Assembly (NCBI RefSeq): GCF_001447785.1 | Contig: NW_015172010.1 | Location: 1,282,731 to 1,346,730, forward strand | Source of the DNA: Gekko japonicus | Lineage: Eukaryota | Length of the DNA stretch: 64,000 nt | Reading direction: 5' to 3' | Translations under genes and position numbers: made by a program | The notes under the pieces: model-generated | Database searches by the model: none | What the model saw: the letters and a program-made list of their open reading frames with translations, nothing else | Told to the model about the DNA's origin: nothing | Shown here: positions 9,901 through 22,424 of the stretch, piece by piece | Layout: every line of letters begins with the position of its first letter | Position numbering within the stretch: the stretch's first letter is position 1

Positions 9901-12900
9901 TACGTTTCTGCTGTTGGGTGTGGCCTATTATGCTAACGAGTTCCTGCTGGTCTTTTTCTACAAAAAAAGCCCTGGGCTTATGCATAATTCTAATAGTAAC
10001 TCTTTAGCATTTCAGGCAGAAGCTCTGCTTGGCAGTGTGCCTTTTAAAATGGACGTATTGTATAAAAAGAGAGATCAAAGTTGGCAGCCATGTTGGTCTG
10101 AAGCAAAGTTTGAGTCCGGTGCTTAAAAGTTTAACTAGTGTTTTTGTTTATTTTATGTATTTTATTATTATCTACATTGTAAGATGCCTTGAGTTCCTAT
10201 AAGGTAAAAAGGTGGTTAATAATGTTTTAAATAAATAAAAAGTATTTTCTTGTTTACACACTGCTTACCTTCAGCCACACAGTGAAGATCCGTGTGCTGT
10301 GTTGCAGCTGCTACTGGACCAGTGTTTGTTTTTGTTTTAATCTCCCCAGTTATTCAGATGTTCAACAGCCATTCAGGAACTGTTAGACAATAGCCCCACC
10401 TGACCCTGCCCACATTTGAAAAACACTTGCCAGGCATCACTTTGTGGGCCCCGATTTACCCCTTAAGTTGTGCTTCTGCAAGCACAGACTGTGAAATTCC
10501 TTTGTAATTACCTTTCTTCTTCTTAGGTCACTGAAGTGTCAAAAGGTCTATGTACTTGTACCCTTTTTTGATCCTTGGGGTTATTAAGCAGTATCAAATA
10601 CTAATTTTTACCAGAAACCTTCTGCTGCAACACATATGCCCTAAATGAACTAGGGACAAAGGTCCAAAAGACACCCAAGAGAGTGTGAGAGAGAGAGCCA
10701 GACAGACTAGTAGCTGTCTATGGGATATGGTCTAAGGCTTTCCCAGCTGTGTGCAAGCCTGTAATTATGGAAGGGATGGTTCAGAACATTCCTTGATTTT
10801 GCTGCAGCTTCCTAGTTGTGAGTGATGTGATCATGCCAGCCTTCTTGCAAACCCTGTTGTGCCCAGCCAGGTGAAAAGTGAGTTCTGTTAATCACAAAAG
10901 ACAGATTTCCTTGCATTTCCAGAGGAGCACTATCACATGCAGAAGAGACTAAGCAATAGCCAGCATCTATGCACTGTCTTTGTGCTAACTCAGGGGCATC
11001 ATCTGGTAGGAAGGAAGCCCATATTTTCCAATGAATAGTGTGCTAGTTTGGAAAGATGAATCCCAGCTGGGCCCTGATCTCACCATGTGCATTTAAGTTT
11101 GTATCTCCAGCTATAAAATGTGTGTGTGTGTGTGTGTGTGTTAATGTTTTGCCTCAAAGACCATCAGATACTGAAACAATTGATGTCTCCACTTTATTAA
11201 ATGCAAACCATATGACTCATTTTCATCTGCTTTGCTCTGATTGTACTCACTTGGCTCTAGTGTAGACGTTTACACCACCCCAGGAGGGAAGAGCCTGGAT
11301 CTGTGCAAATGGCATCTTGCAGATTCCGTGTGCTGATTACATGTAGATTATTGAANNNNNNNNNNNNNNNTTCCTGTTGTCTGAGGATCACTTGACTCAT
11401 GTTGATTAAAAATTACTATGAAAGATATTAATAGCAAAGCATCTGTAGTTCTTTATGAACTACCAGAATAGGAAATTTTGCCACATTGGTCCTTAAATTT
11501 TAAAAAACTATCTGGACTGTAATAGAGAGGCTACAGAAACATGGGCATTTCTGTATTGTTATTGTCTAAAAGTGCTGAATTGTCATGCCTTGTTAAAGGA
11601 TTTTCCCTGCTGTGGTCTTTTACTTTCTTTTCTCCTAGATTCCAGCGTTATGTAGAGTGGGCTAAAAGTCGCATGAAGGAGCAGGGACTCAATGACTGCA
11701 CAGTAAACAAATTCCTTCTAAATTACATCGAACCACTTAATCTAGAAGGAAAAGATGAACAAACGAATGAGTCTGAGAATGAAGAGACACAAGCAATGGA
11801 GCCTGCTGAGCCCAAGCTGGTAGTGACTTCTGATGAAAGGAATCAAGCAGCCCACCCGGAAGGGGATCCGCACTGTGATCCATTAGGCAAGTGTGGCTCT
11901 AATGAACGGGACAGAACAGGATTTCAAGCTATCACTAGAACTCATTCTCCAAAAAGTCCATCTAGTTTGCATGATGACAGCAAGCAAGATGACTGTGTCA
12001 AACAGGAATCTCCTGTTTTGAGCAGTGGAGAATATAGTCACCAGGAGTTTGTGCTGGTGCAAGAAGAATCGGATTGGAGTCCAGAAGAAGAAAACGCACA
12101 TGAGGCATCACACGTAAGGCTGCGTGTTAGCTGTACTCTCTTCCCCATAATTCTGTAGGCGGAACTGAAAAATTAATAGTACGTACTTGCCCTCATATAA
12201 GTACGTTTTATCTATTTGTTTATATTTATAGTCCCTGTTTTTCAGTGGGACCCAAGGCAGATTACAACTATGATTTAGAAAACCTTCTAAATCAGTTGTT
12301 AAGCAGATTATACAATATATCATTTGAACCTAATAGGTTACTAGTAAGACAAAATACTGCAGTTGTGCTGGGATTGTGTAACCCGGGGGGGGGGGGGGTG
12401 GGGAAAGTATAACACATTTAAAGCTATCTGTTTAAGTCAACAAGACAACCTCTGGAACAATTTAAGTTGATCCTCACGTGGTGTCTTTTATAAGCCAATG
12501 GTATCTAAGCACTGTTGCAAGGATAATTTGACACAAGTTGCTTATAGGTCTTGGGATTTCACTTTGAAGGCCCTTGAAGACCCTCTGAGAATGCAGATGC
12601 TAATAAGAACAAAAGAAGAACCCTGCTGGATCAGACCAGTCTAGTCCAGCATTCTGCCTCACACAGTAGCTAACCAGTTCCTCTGGAGGTCCAACAACAG
12701 GACATAGAGGCCAAGGCCTTTTCCTCATGTTGCCTCCTGGCACTGTAACTCAGAGGTTGACTTCTCCAGAGTGATATCAGTGCAGCTAAGCCAATGGCAC
12801 CCAGAGACTTCAAAATACGTTTGCCTGAGCCCTGACCTGGATAGCCCAGGCAAGCCCAATTTTGTCAGATCTCGGAAGCTAAACAGGGCCGGCTCAGGCA

Positions 12901-15900
12901 AGTATTTGGATGGGAGAACTCCAGGGAATACCAGGGCCGGGAGGCAGAGGCAGGCTACCAAGCCACTTCTCTGAATGTCCTCCGTGCCCCAGAAGGAGTC
13001 GCCAGAGGTCGCTGTGACTTCCAGGCATGGGTGCGCATGCATACACACACACACACACAAATGCAAAAAAACAAAAAACAGCCCCTCCACACTGCCTGCA
13101 GACCTTGCCGTGGCTTGACTGAGGTGCCTCGATGTCCTCAAGAGGTGTGTTCTATGCTGAGGGGAGATCTCAGAAGTGAAGATGGTGAGCGCTTGTGAAA
13201 ATGATCCTTATGGGGGGAAAGAAGTACAATTTGGGATGCTGGCAAGCTCGTAAGTAGACAGAGCGTGATTGATTACTGCTTTGTAACTTTGTTTTGTCGT
13301 AGCTGAGTGAAAAAGAAAAGTTAGTCTGCAGAAGAAATCCGTTTAGGATTTTTGAATATTTGCAGCTCAGTCTAGAAGAGGTAAGTTTCCCCACCCCCCC
13401 ACCACAATATTGGTGTCATACTTAAGTAATCTGCCAGCGTAAATATACAACATCATGCATTTTTAAAATCCTAAATATCTGTCTGTTTACATGAATATAA
13501 AGTGTTTTAAGTAAATGGTGATCTACGTATAATTTGAAAAGAGCCATGTTACCAATTCGGCCCTGCAGAGCTGTCAGTTGAGGGTCTTCCCAGGTGCATG
13601 TCCTCTGGGGGCACATGGCAGCGCCTTGGATAGAGTGACAGAGGAACAGTTTGCTCCTGCAAGTTGTTCTGGCGTGAGAGCATGGCTGCTTATGATCAGT
13701 TATACACACTATTATTTCTGCTGCTACTCGCCATGACAGTTGTGGATTCTTTAGGTTACCGAAGCCCTCTTCAGCCCTCCTAGGCCACAGTGCATCTTCC
13801 CATGCATTTTAAATATGACCCCTGCCATTTTACCTTCTCCCTTGGCAGTAGTGTCCTTCATTTGCCTAACTATAATCTATTCACCTTTCAGAAATCAATT
13901 TGCTTTATATCAGGAATGAATAGTCCTCTTCAGTGTTGTGTAAACTATGACTGTTATACAATAAAAAAGAATAAGTCGTGCCCTTAGGCATGGTCTTCTG
14001 TAATCATCTAACGCATTGGCATGGACAGTCTTCCCCGACACCCCCCACCCTTTTTTTTTAATGCTAGTGCCCTGTAAATCATAATAATTCCATTCATTGT
14101 TTCTTTTCAGGCTTTTTTCTTGGTGTACGCTCTGGGATGTTTAAATATTTATTACAGTGAGGTAAGATGATACTTCTAGTCATTGGTAGGTGATGTGTTG
14201 AGTGATCTGTTGCTTTGGGAATTGCTCACTAGCAGAGAAGAATGGACGCTTTGTGATGGTTTCCAAGTCATCTTGTGCCAACTTTCAAAGGGTGGCTGCA
14301 ATTCTGAACCGAACATTGTGCCTGAGGTTGCTAACTCTGCCATGTCAAGTACAGTCACACCCTTATAAGTCTGTTGACTTCACTGGATGTAAGGGTGTAA
14401 CTCTGTTTAGGATGGCACTATAGAAGTCTTGTTGACTGCAGTGGGATTTACTTCTGAGGAAGCATGAATGGGAGCATGCAACAAGCTCTATTAATAATAA
14501 ATTCCATAATTTTGAGAATACAATGTATCCCTAAACAGAATTTGGGAGGAGTGGGAGCATTGGAAACAATGGTACACAAAGCTCTCTTTATAATGCCTTA
14601 AACAAATTTGCTGTGAAAACTAAGTATGTCTCCAGCAGAGAGTTTTCTTTACTGACTCTCCTAAACAGAGAGTTTTCTCCCTAGACTAGAGTTTAATCTT
14701 CCTAGACTAGATCTCATAAGAATGTTCTAGCTCTGGAGCTTTCAGTAGTGGTAGCTAGAGCACAATTTGGATACTGAATTGTATTAATGGTCTTTCTTCA
14801 TGTTTTGGCTTGTGTCAGTTGCATATTTTCACAACTTGAACTAACACAGCCATAACTAGCTAAACTTTAGGAGTGTCTAAAATCATTTGGGGGGGCAATG
14901 ATAGTTGCCCATATTATCCCATGCATGACTACATTTGGTTGTGATTTTAGGTACCTTTATCTATCTTGAAGCTATGGGAATTTTTCAGTGAAGTGCAACC
15001 CAATTTTAGAACTACGTACATGGCGTATCACTATTTCCGATGCAAAGGGTGGGTTCCTAAAGTTGGACTGAAATATGGAACTGATCTCTGTGAGTATTCT
15101 GTCTTCCAGAATCATTGTTTGCATATTGTGACTGTAGTTTGTAACAAAGGCAGTAGATATTTTTGGTGCAGATGACAATATCCAAAAGAGGCCATGCACT
15201 AAATTTTAAGCTATGGCAAATATTTCATTGATGAAACCCAATTACTTGGAGCCAGGGCTATTTTGGGGCAGGAACACACAGGAACGGAGTTCCGGCTGGC
15301 TCCTGAGTTGGCCACGGCCAGCAGGAGCTCATTAGCATAACAGGCCACACCCAACAGCAGAAACCCATTGGAATTGGCTACATCAGGGGTGTGTGGCCTA
15401 ACATGCAAAGGAGTTCCTGCTACAAAAAGAGAGCTGGGATTTGACAACAAACAAGGTAAACAGAATAAGAAGCAAAAGGTGGGTGTGGCTGGATGACCAC
15501 ACTTCTGGCAACATGGGGGTGTGGCCTAATATGCTAATGAGCTGTACTATCAGGGTGTGGCCTGATATGCTAATGAGTTTCTGCTGTTGGGTATGCCTTA
15601 TTATGCTAATGAGTTCCTGCTGGGCTTTTTCTACAAAAAAGCCCTGCTTGGAGCTCAGTTGAGTTTCATCAGGTTGGGAGATGAAATATTAAAGTTGCTT
15701 ATGGGCCTCTGTTTTGTCTGCCTTCTCAGTTTAGATAATATATTGTCCATCTTTTTTCAAACATGCTGGAGGTTTGCTTGGGTGTTGAGTGCTATAGCAC
15801 TGTCTCAGTTCACTCGTCCTTTGCTGGCCTCTTTAAATAATAGATGTGCACACTGCAGTAATTTAAAATGTTTAATTGATGTTGGGTTGTTATCAGTGGG

Positions 15901-18900
15901 AATGAAATGCTTTTTACTGCAGGCAAAAAGATTGCATGAATCTACCGGAGGTTTGTATTATTTATACTATGAGGCATGTTTAATATACAAAGCTTTTATC
16001 AACTGTTAACCACCCTTACCTTGAGGCAGATGTTTCCCATGTTAGACAGAAAGCCTCTGAGGGTGATGAGTCATCCCCTAGTCATTTCTCTAGGCAAGAC
16101 CTACTTGTGAGTTTAATTGATATATGGTGCTCTTTTCTTCCTCTTTCTAAGAATGGAAGATCCAGCAAAGGTATTAAACCAAGATTAGTTAAAACTCCCC
16201 CGCCCCCATCACAAATAACAGATGAAGAGCAAGTGAATTTTAAGGCATGCAGCATAATAACTTAATATTCTTCTGTGTTGGACCAGCCTGCCATGAACAC
16301 TCTTATTAAGAACATAAGAGAAGCCAATGTTGGATCAGGCAAATGGCCAATCCAGTCCAACACTCTGTCACACAGTGGCCAAAAATACCAGGTGGCACCA
16401 GGAGGTCCAGCAGTGGGGCCACGGCACTAGAAGCCCTCCCACTGTTGCCCCCCCAAGCACCAAGAATATAGAGCATCACTTGACCCAGACTGAGAGTTCC
16501 TATCTGTACCTTGTGGCTAATAGCCACTGATGGACCTCTGCTCCATATGTTTATTTAATTCCCTCTTGAAGCCATCCATTCTTGTAGCCGCCACCACCTC
16601 CTGTGGCATCTGTTAATCACTCTTTGGGTGAAGAAGTACTTCCTTTTATCTGTTCTAACCCAACTGCTCAGCAATTTCATTGAGTGCCCGCGAGTTCTTG
16701 TATTGTGAGAAAGGGAAAAAAGTACTTCTTTCTCTACCTGCTCTATCCCATGCATAATCTTATAAATCTCAGTCATGTCACCCCTCAGTCATCGTTTCTC
16801 CAAGCTAAAGAGCCCCAAGCATTTTAAACTGTCTTCATAGGGAAAGTGTTCCAGCCCTTTGATCATTCTAGTTGCCCTTTTCTGCACTTTTTCCAATGCT
16901 ATAATATCCTTTCTGAAGTGTGGTGACCAGAACTGTACACAGTACTCCAAATGAGGTCACACTATTGATTTATACAGGGACATTATGATACTGGCTGATT
17001 TGTTTTCAATTTCCTTCCTAATAATTGTGAGCATAGCATTGGCCTTTTTTATTGCAGTCACACAATGTCTTGACATTTTCATTGAGTTATCTACTACGAT
17101 TCCAAGATCTCTCTCTCAGTGAATCTCTGACAGTTCAGACCTCATCAACGTGTATTTATACTTAGGATTTTCGGCTCCAATGTACATCACTTTGCACTTG
17201 GCCACATTGAACCCCATTTGCCATGTTGATGCCTTTGGAGTGCCTCACAATCCTCCTTGGTTCTCACCACCCTGAACAACTTCATGTCATCTGCAAATTT
17301 AGCCACCTCACTGCTTACTCTCAACTCCAAATAATTAATGAACAAGTTCAAAAGCATCAGACTGAGTACTGATCCCTGTGGTACCCCACTGCTTACCACC
17401 CTCCACTGAGAAAACTTCCCATTTATACTCACTCTCTGTTTCCTATTAATTAGCCAGTTTTTTATCCACAAAAGGACTTGTCCTTTTATCCCGTGACTAT
17501 TGAGCTTACTTAAGAGCCTTTAATGAGGAACTTTATCAAAAGCTTTCTGGAAGTCAAGGTAAACAATATCTATTGCGTCCCCCTTGTCCGCTGTTTGTTC
17601 ACTCCCTCCCTCAAAGAACACTAACAGGTTAGTGAGACAAGATCTTACCTTACAGAACCCATGCTGAGTCTGCCTCAATACTTTTTGTTCATCAATGTGC
17701 CTACTAATTATTTCTTTAATAACAATTTCCACCAACTTACCCGGTATCGATGTCAGACTGACTGGCCTGTAATTTCCCAGATCTCCTCTGGAGCCCTTTT
17801 TAAAGATGGGAGTGACATTAGCTACCTTCCAGTCCTCAGGAATGGAGGCAGATTTTAATGAAAGATTACATATTTTTGTCACTGTCATTAGTTGTAGTAC
17901 CTTCCTGTGTACACCCAATTGTAGGAGGGATGGGAGATGTTTTTACTGTTTCAGGTCATCACATTTTGAGTGGTGACCTGGTGTAGTCCTGTCCCAGGAG
18001 CAAGGCATCTGCTTTGAGTACTTAGCTTTGCAACCCCTTTATGCACATGCAGCCCCAGGCTCAGAGACTCATCTAGGAGTAAGAAATGAACATGTTGCTT
18101 CAGTAAGAATGTTGGTAATAGTGCCAACTGAGGAAAGGGGAAGCGTAGGACTGGTTTAAGTGTCTCTCCTTTTGAATGGATAAAGCAATTTTTTTAGTTC
18201 AAGGAAATATGCAAGCAATGCACATCTGTACACACGGCTCGTATGCATCATGTGGGCTGACTTGGATTTGGGGCATAATAGTTCCATACTTTTCTTCTAA
18301 AACTGGTACCACACAAGTAATGCTATTTACCTGAAAGGAAGACTATTTTTCTACATGTGCCATCAAGTGAAAGAGGGGTCCATCTTAAATGTAAGTTAGA
18401 GACAAGCTACAGAATAACTGGAATTTATGAACAAGCATACATGTCTGGTAAACTAATCAGGGTTTGTGCAGCAGACTGGTTTATACAAAATACAAATTGT
18501 GACATCTGAATGGAGCCTGAATGAGTGTGCTTTGTCTTTTGTTGCAGTGTTGTATCGAAAAGGTCCTCCATTTTACCATGCCAGGTATAGCACTCAGGTT
18601 TGGATACAATAATTTCTTTGCTTAAGTATTGTGCTCAACTTCCATCACTAATGAAAACCAAATTCACTTATGTTTCCACTTCACATTGGTATAGTATTTT
18701 TGGCACCAAAACAAGTATTGTCCCATGGAGAAAGTGGAGATAATAATAATAATTACACTGGAGTACAAAATAAGTTTGTTTGAAGCTTTTCCTGGAGGAC
18801 TTCACAGAAATTCTCTAAATATCCAGTAGAGTGGCTTTGGTAGTCCTGCAGCTGGGCTGAAGGACATGTAAACATTTGGAGAATTGCAGTTTCTGATACA

Positions 18901-21900
18901 TGGGAATGCTACTTACAGAGAATTCATTTTCAATAAAGGTTTTGTTTGCCACCGTGGATAGCCTTTAAGTGTTATAGCCTGTAGATCATGTTTAGATACT
19001 AGTGTTTTGGGTAAAATATAGTACATCATGTAAGCCTGGAAGGAAGTGAATTAAAATTGGCCACTTGGCACTCTGTTGTTCACTTGAATGGCTTTTCACG
19101 TCTCTTTGCCAAACAGCAATCTGCTCATAAAGTGTTTGGAGTTAGGTGTATTCCTTACAGTAGCTGAATAGCAAATATGGGAAGAAACTAGGCTTTAAAA
19201 TGTATAAATCCTTCTCTACTAAAAAAGAGTTTCTTTGTTTATTTTCCAGTTACTCTGTGATTGCTGAATTAGTTAATGGTGACTTTGAAGGATCATCACA
19301 GAGATCGTTTAGCTGGAGGTCTTTATCAAGTCTGAATAGAACCACAGCAAATGTTTCTAAGGTAACAAATGAAAGGAACCAAGCATTTAAAAAGACAGTT
19401 GGGGAAAAATGGGATGAACTGAAAGAAAGACACACTGATGCTCAAAAAGAGAGACCTTGTAAAGCTGTCAGAATCTATGGCAATACAAATGTAATGCAAA
19501 CTATTAAATAGAAAATTTAAATTTAATTTCTATTAAATAGAACTTCATTCTGTTCCTGGTTGCCACTATGAAACACATCTTTCCTCTGAACTTGCTTTAA
19601 TCATTCTTGAATCCCGTGTGTGTGACCTGTCCTAATTTCATATTTAGGACTGCAAGTGCCAAAGGAAATTGCCCCTCTTTTCCTCTCAACCAAAGACTAC
19701 ACGCTGAGGTTGTTTTAATGGTGTGACAACAGAATTCTTAAACATGGTCATGCATCTGCTCCTTGGTTTAATCTGTGTTGCCTACTGTTATGAAGCAGAC
19801 TTCATACCCCAGTTTTCATGGAAAAAAGAAGAATATGTCCAGATCGATTTATTTTTATTTTTTAAAGTGATCTTGATGTCTTACACTGCATGTATACCAC
19901 GTTTCAGTTTTCCAGTTTGTGTGGAAGTACTTTAATCTTTTATGGGGAGAGAAAAGCAAATATCCCACTGATAATGTCTTTGTTAATCTGAAAGTCTGTG
20001 TCTAGCAGGTAGGGGAAGTGCTTTAAGATCATTGGGACAGATGCACTTGGACTGTCAACGTTATTAAACATGTTTTTGTTCACTATAACACATAGAAGAG
20101 TGCAGGGTTTATCTTTATTGTTTTAATTGTCATACCATAATTTTTTCTGAAGCAGACACTTATGATTTTCAGTGTGTAAAATGGGGGTTATATTAACCTG
20201 GGGAAATGGAGAATTCCATGTGGTTGGAAGACACATGTATAAACAGCGCTGGATCTGGACAGTGCCTGGATGGGAGACCCCATTTGGGAACACTGTGTAC
20301 ACTGTCCTAAGGAGGGAAAGAAGGAAGGAGGGAGGGATAGAAATCTAATAAATGCAAAGCATTCTGAATATCTGGTTCCAGAACTGCATTACTCTCCCCC
20401 CCCCCCTTTTCTGCCTGTAATTTCTTCTGCTCCTGAAAATACATCCCAGGATATCAGGAGTCTCTAGAGCTGCCTCTGGTGCAACTAGAGAAGCTGCAAT
20501 GCAATTGGGAAGTCTGGAAAACATCAGTATGCATGAGATTTCTTAGCTGCATAAATTCAAAGCAACAAATTATGGTCCGTTACTCTTTGAACAAACCTAG
20601 GAAGTCTGTGGGTTTATACACTCACCCTGATGTCCCCACCACCATCACTGTGTAAGGCTTGGGAACAGACTTCTGCATTCTGGTTTGTTGTTTCATCCAA
20701 GAAATATGGGCTTTCTGTCTTGCTTACACACTAAGACTCCAAGCCACAGTTTAATCCTGGTTTATAAGCAAGAGAACATCTTATGGTTTGCTTATTTTAT
20801 CTGAATTGGGATTCGAATCCATTACTTACAGAGATGACCAGCAAACCAATATACCTCTTAATCTGATTAACTCTCTACTTCTATGTTTTAAAAGAAAATG
20901 TTATTAGTTTCAAAGAGAAGTTAAGAAACAACAACATAAAACAAACAGTAAGACAAACAAACAATAAACACTAGAGCATATACTCTTGTCTCTGCTTAAA
21001 TTTCCATAGTATAGTAAATCCGTTTTCTTTTACACCTGTTTAAGTTTATATACAATGTTAGAGCAGTTCCTTACTTGGTTATAATCACATTATCAGTTCT
21101 CCAAGGTAAACTTCTATCCATTTGTATAATCTTGTCCAGATTTTCTCAAAAATTGCTTCTTTTTTATTTTGTAGTTGCAAAGTTAAATTATCCATTTCTG
21201 CTGTTTTCAATAATTTATATATCATTTCTTCTCTACTTCTACTCAAACATGTTTTTAAAATAATTGTCCCAGTATATTTAAATGGATTGATTTTACTACC
21301 AACAGGAACTTATGTTCTGTTACCTGATTAAACCATCTGATATGACTGAAGAAGAAATGTCATCACCAGAGTGTCTCAAAAGAATTAAAGTTCAGGTATG
21401 CTAGCTCGGCTGTGGTTTTAATTTGTCCTCTGGAGTTTGTGACTGCCTTAATACACCCAGCTCATTGAGTAGTTATATGTAATACCATACGTAGCACTGG
21501 ACCTCCCCACCACCCAGGTTACCTGCTGGAACTTCATGGACCATAGATCTCTGATTTAAAACAAAAGGTGCAGTATCCGGGAATGAAGAGGGGGAAACAT
21601 TTGGGCATAACTGCATCTCAATTATTATCTGAGTTTTTGTGTGCATCCAGTTCTCTAAAAGCTGATTCATGTGTTACCAGGGCATAGTGGAATACAAGCA
21701 GTAGAATTTCCTTTGTTTGACCCACATGGCTCCTTCCAACGGTGGTGCAAAATTCAAATACATGGAAGCCATTCCTAGCCTGCTCTGGTAATGGGCCAAC
21801 TGGCCCCGAAGGAACACTTCACTTCTGGCAGATGCTAGACTGGCTGGCATCTAAAGAAACATGCAGTCATTTCCATGTTCCCCAAGAAGCGTTGGGTGTC

Positions 21901-22424
21901 TCTTGAGCAGCAACCTGCCATGTCCCATAGCAAGCCTCCTTTGAATCAGTGGAGATTTTCAATGGCAGCTTGCAATATCACATAGTTGTTGTGGTGTACA
22001 AAGGGGAAAAAAATCTATTGTACATGCCCAAGCAGGTCTTGGGAATCTTGCCAAATTTGAAACATTCATCAGAAGATCTGCTATACTCGAACAAGTCCTG
22101 AAGTTAATGTTAAGTGTGTGAAAATGGTTCTGTATGTAAGAAAGAGAGAGAGAGATGCAAACAAGGTAGGTATAAATTCAGAAAGATCTCAAAGCCCCCA
22201 TCAGGGGGGCCCTGGGACTCCTGGCAGGTATCTGCAGTGATGAGTCTTCCCCCTGAAGATAAGCCAATAAACATGCTTTCATTCCAGAAAAAATGGGTAG
22301 TAAAGGTAGCTAAGGATACAATTGATTGTCTTCAATAATCAGTGGATACCTTTTCTCTTTTAAGGAACTGATTCTACATCGTTGGGTCTCATCCCGTGAG
22401 CGTAATGAACAAGATGAACTGTGA
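6802..22424 (+). CDS. TSEN2: tRNA-splicing endonuclease subunit Sen2, spliced CDS of 1350 nt / 449 aa. Exons: 6802-6990, 7647-7728 (or duplicate 8004-8085), 9218-9254, 11639-12113, 13303-13380, 14111-14161, 14951-15089, 18548-18584, 19250-19361, 21306-21395, 22365-22424
   Basis: Starts [19 protein letters not shown]. Contains [57 protein letters not shown] and NVSKEL (catalytic Tyr/His/Lys present). All introns are GT-AG and phases join into one open frame. Confidence 0.97.
7647..7728 (+). CDS. TSEN2: TSEN2 second coding exon, copy A (82 nt)
   Basis: tttaag|[27 protein letters not shown]|gtagat. Confidence 0.9.
8004..8085 (+). CDS. TSEN2: TSEN2 second coding exon, identical duplicate copy B (82 nt)
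   Basis: Same exon and splice sites repeated at a +357 offset. Confidence 0.75.
9218..9254 (+). CDS. TSEN2: TSEN2 coding exon (37 nt)
   Basis: ttgcag|(D)[11 protein letters not shown](K)|gtaagt; phase fits both neighbours. Confidence 0.9.
9496..10453. mobile_element. hAT/Charlie-like non-autonomous element with a nested insertion; related fragment at about 34500-34760
   Basis: Begins CAGAGGCCCCCAACCTTTTT; near-TSD ATTTACCA / ATTTACCC. Confidence 0.65.
9615..9974 (+). mobile_element. hAT MITE with internal ~36-bp repeats, copy 1
   Basis: CAGGGCT...AGCCCTG TIRs; perfect 8-bp TSD GGCTTATG. Confidence 0.9.
11356..11370. other. Assembly gap (15 N)
   Basis: Run of n. Confidence 0.99.
11639..12113 (+). 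CDS. TSEN2: TSEN2 large variable coding exon (475 nt)
   Basis: tcctag|FQRYVEWAK...EFVLVQEE...EASH|gtaagg; lies inside ORF 11541..12158. Confidence 0.92.
12828..13030 (+). mobile_element. 5S rRNA-derived SINE
   Basis: GTCAGATCTCGGAAGCTAAACAGGG...AGTATTTGGATGGGAGA...GGGAATACC resembles the 5S internal promoter region; non-5S tail follows. Confidence 0.8.
13303..13380 (+). CDS. TSEN2: TSEN2 coding exon (78 nt)
   Basis: [26 protein letters not shown]|gtaagt. Confidence 0.95.
14111..14161 (+). CDS. TSEN2: TSEN2 coding exon (51 nt)
   Basis: tttcag|[17 protein letters not shown]|gtaaga. Confidence 0.95.
14951..15089 (+). CDS. TSEN2: TSEN2 coding exon (139 nt)
   Basis: [12 protein letters not shown]...[21 protein letters not shown]|gtgagt. 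Confidence 0.95.
15253..15646 (+). mobile_element. hAT MITE with internal ~36-bp repeats, copy 2
   Basis: Same TIRs; perfect 8-bp TSD CTTGGAGC. Confidence 0.9.
16308..17880 (-). mobile_element. CR1 LINE, 5'-truncated and degenerate (RT domain plus 3' end)
   Basis: ORF fragments [55 protein letters not shown]; TTCTTATGTTCTT tail. Shorter CR1 pieces at about 12605-12750, 54860-55130 and 62997-63150. Confidence 0.93.
18548..18584 (+). CDS. TSEN2: TSEN2 catalytic exon (37 nt)
   Basis: ttgcag|[13 protein letters not shown]|gtatag, containing the catalytic Tyr and His. Confidence 0.95.
19250..19361 (+). CDS. TSEN2: TSEN2 coding exon (112 nt)
   Basis: YSVIAELV...[17 protein letters not shown]|gtaaca. 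Confidence 0.95.
21306..21395 (+). CDS. TSEN2: TSEN2 coding exon (90 nt)
   Basis: [30 protein letters not shown]|gtatgc. Confidence 0.95.
22365..22424 (+). CDS. TSEN2: TSEN2 last coding exon
   Basis: tttaag|[19 protein letters not shown]; TGA at 22422-22424. Confidence 0.95.
   Translation, partial: ELILHRWVSSRERNEQDEL

Noticed and set aside
12850-12935. 5S rRNA gene
   Set aside because: Diverged, lacks proper 5S ends and a T-run terminator, fused to a LINE-like tail, and dispersed in three copies. It is a SINE, not an rRNA gene.
15480-15620. CRISPR-like repeat-spacer array
   Set aside because: Vertebrate intron, only three degenerate units with ~11-nt linkers, enclosed by hAT TIRs and a TSD, and no cas genes.
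17187-17918. Reverse transcriptase as part of a novel system
   Set aside because: Ordinary frameshifted, 5'-truncated CR1 ORF2.
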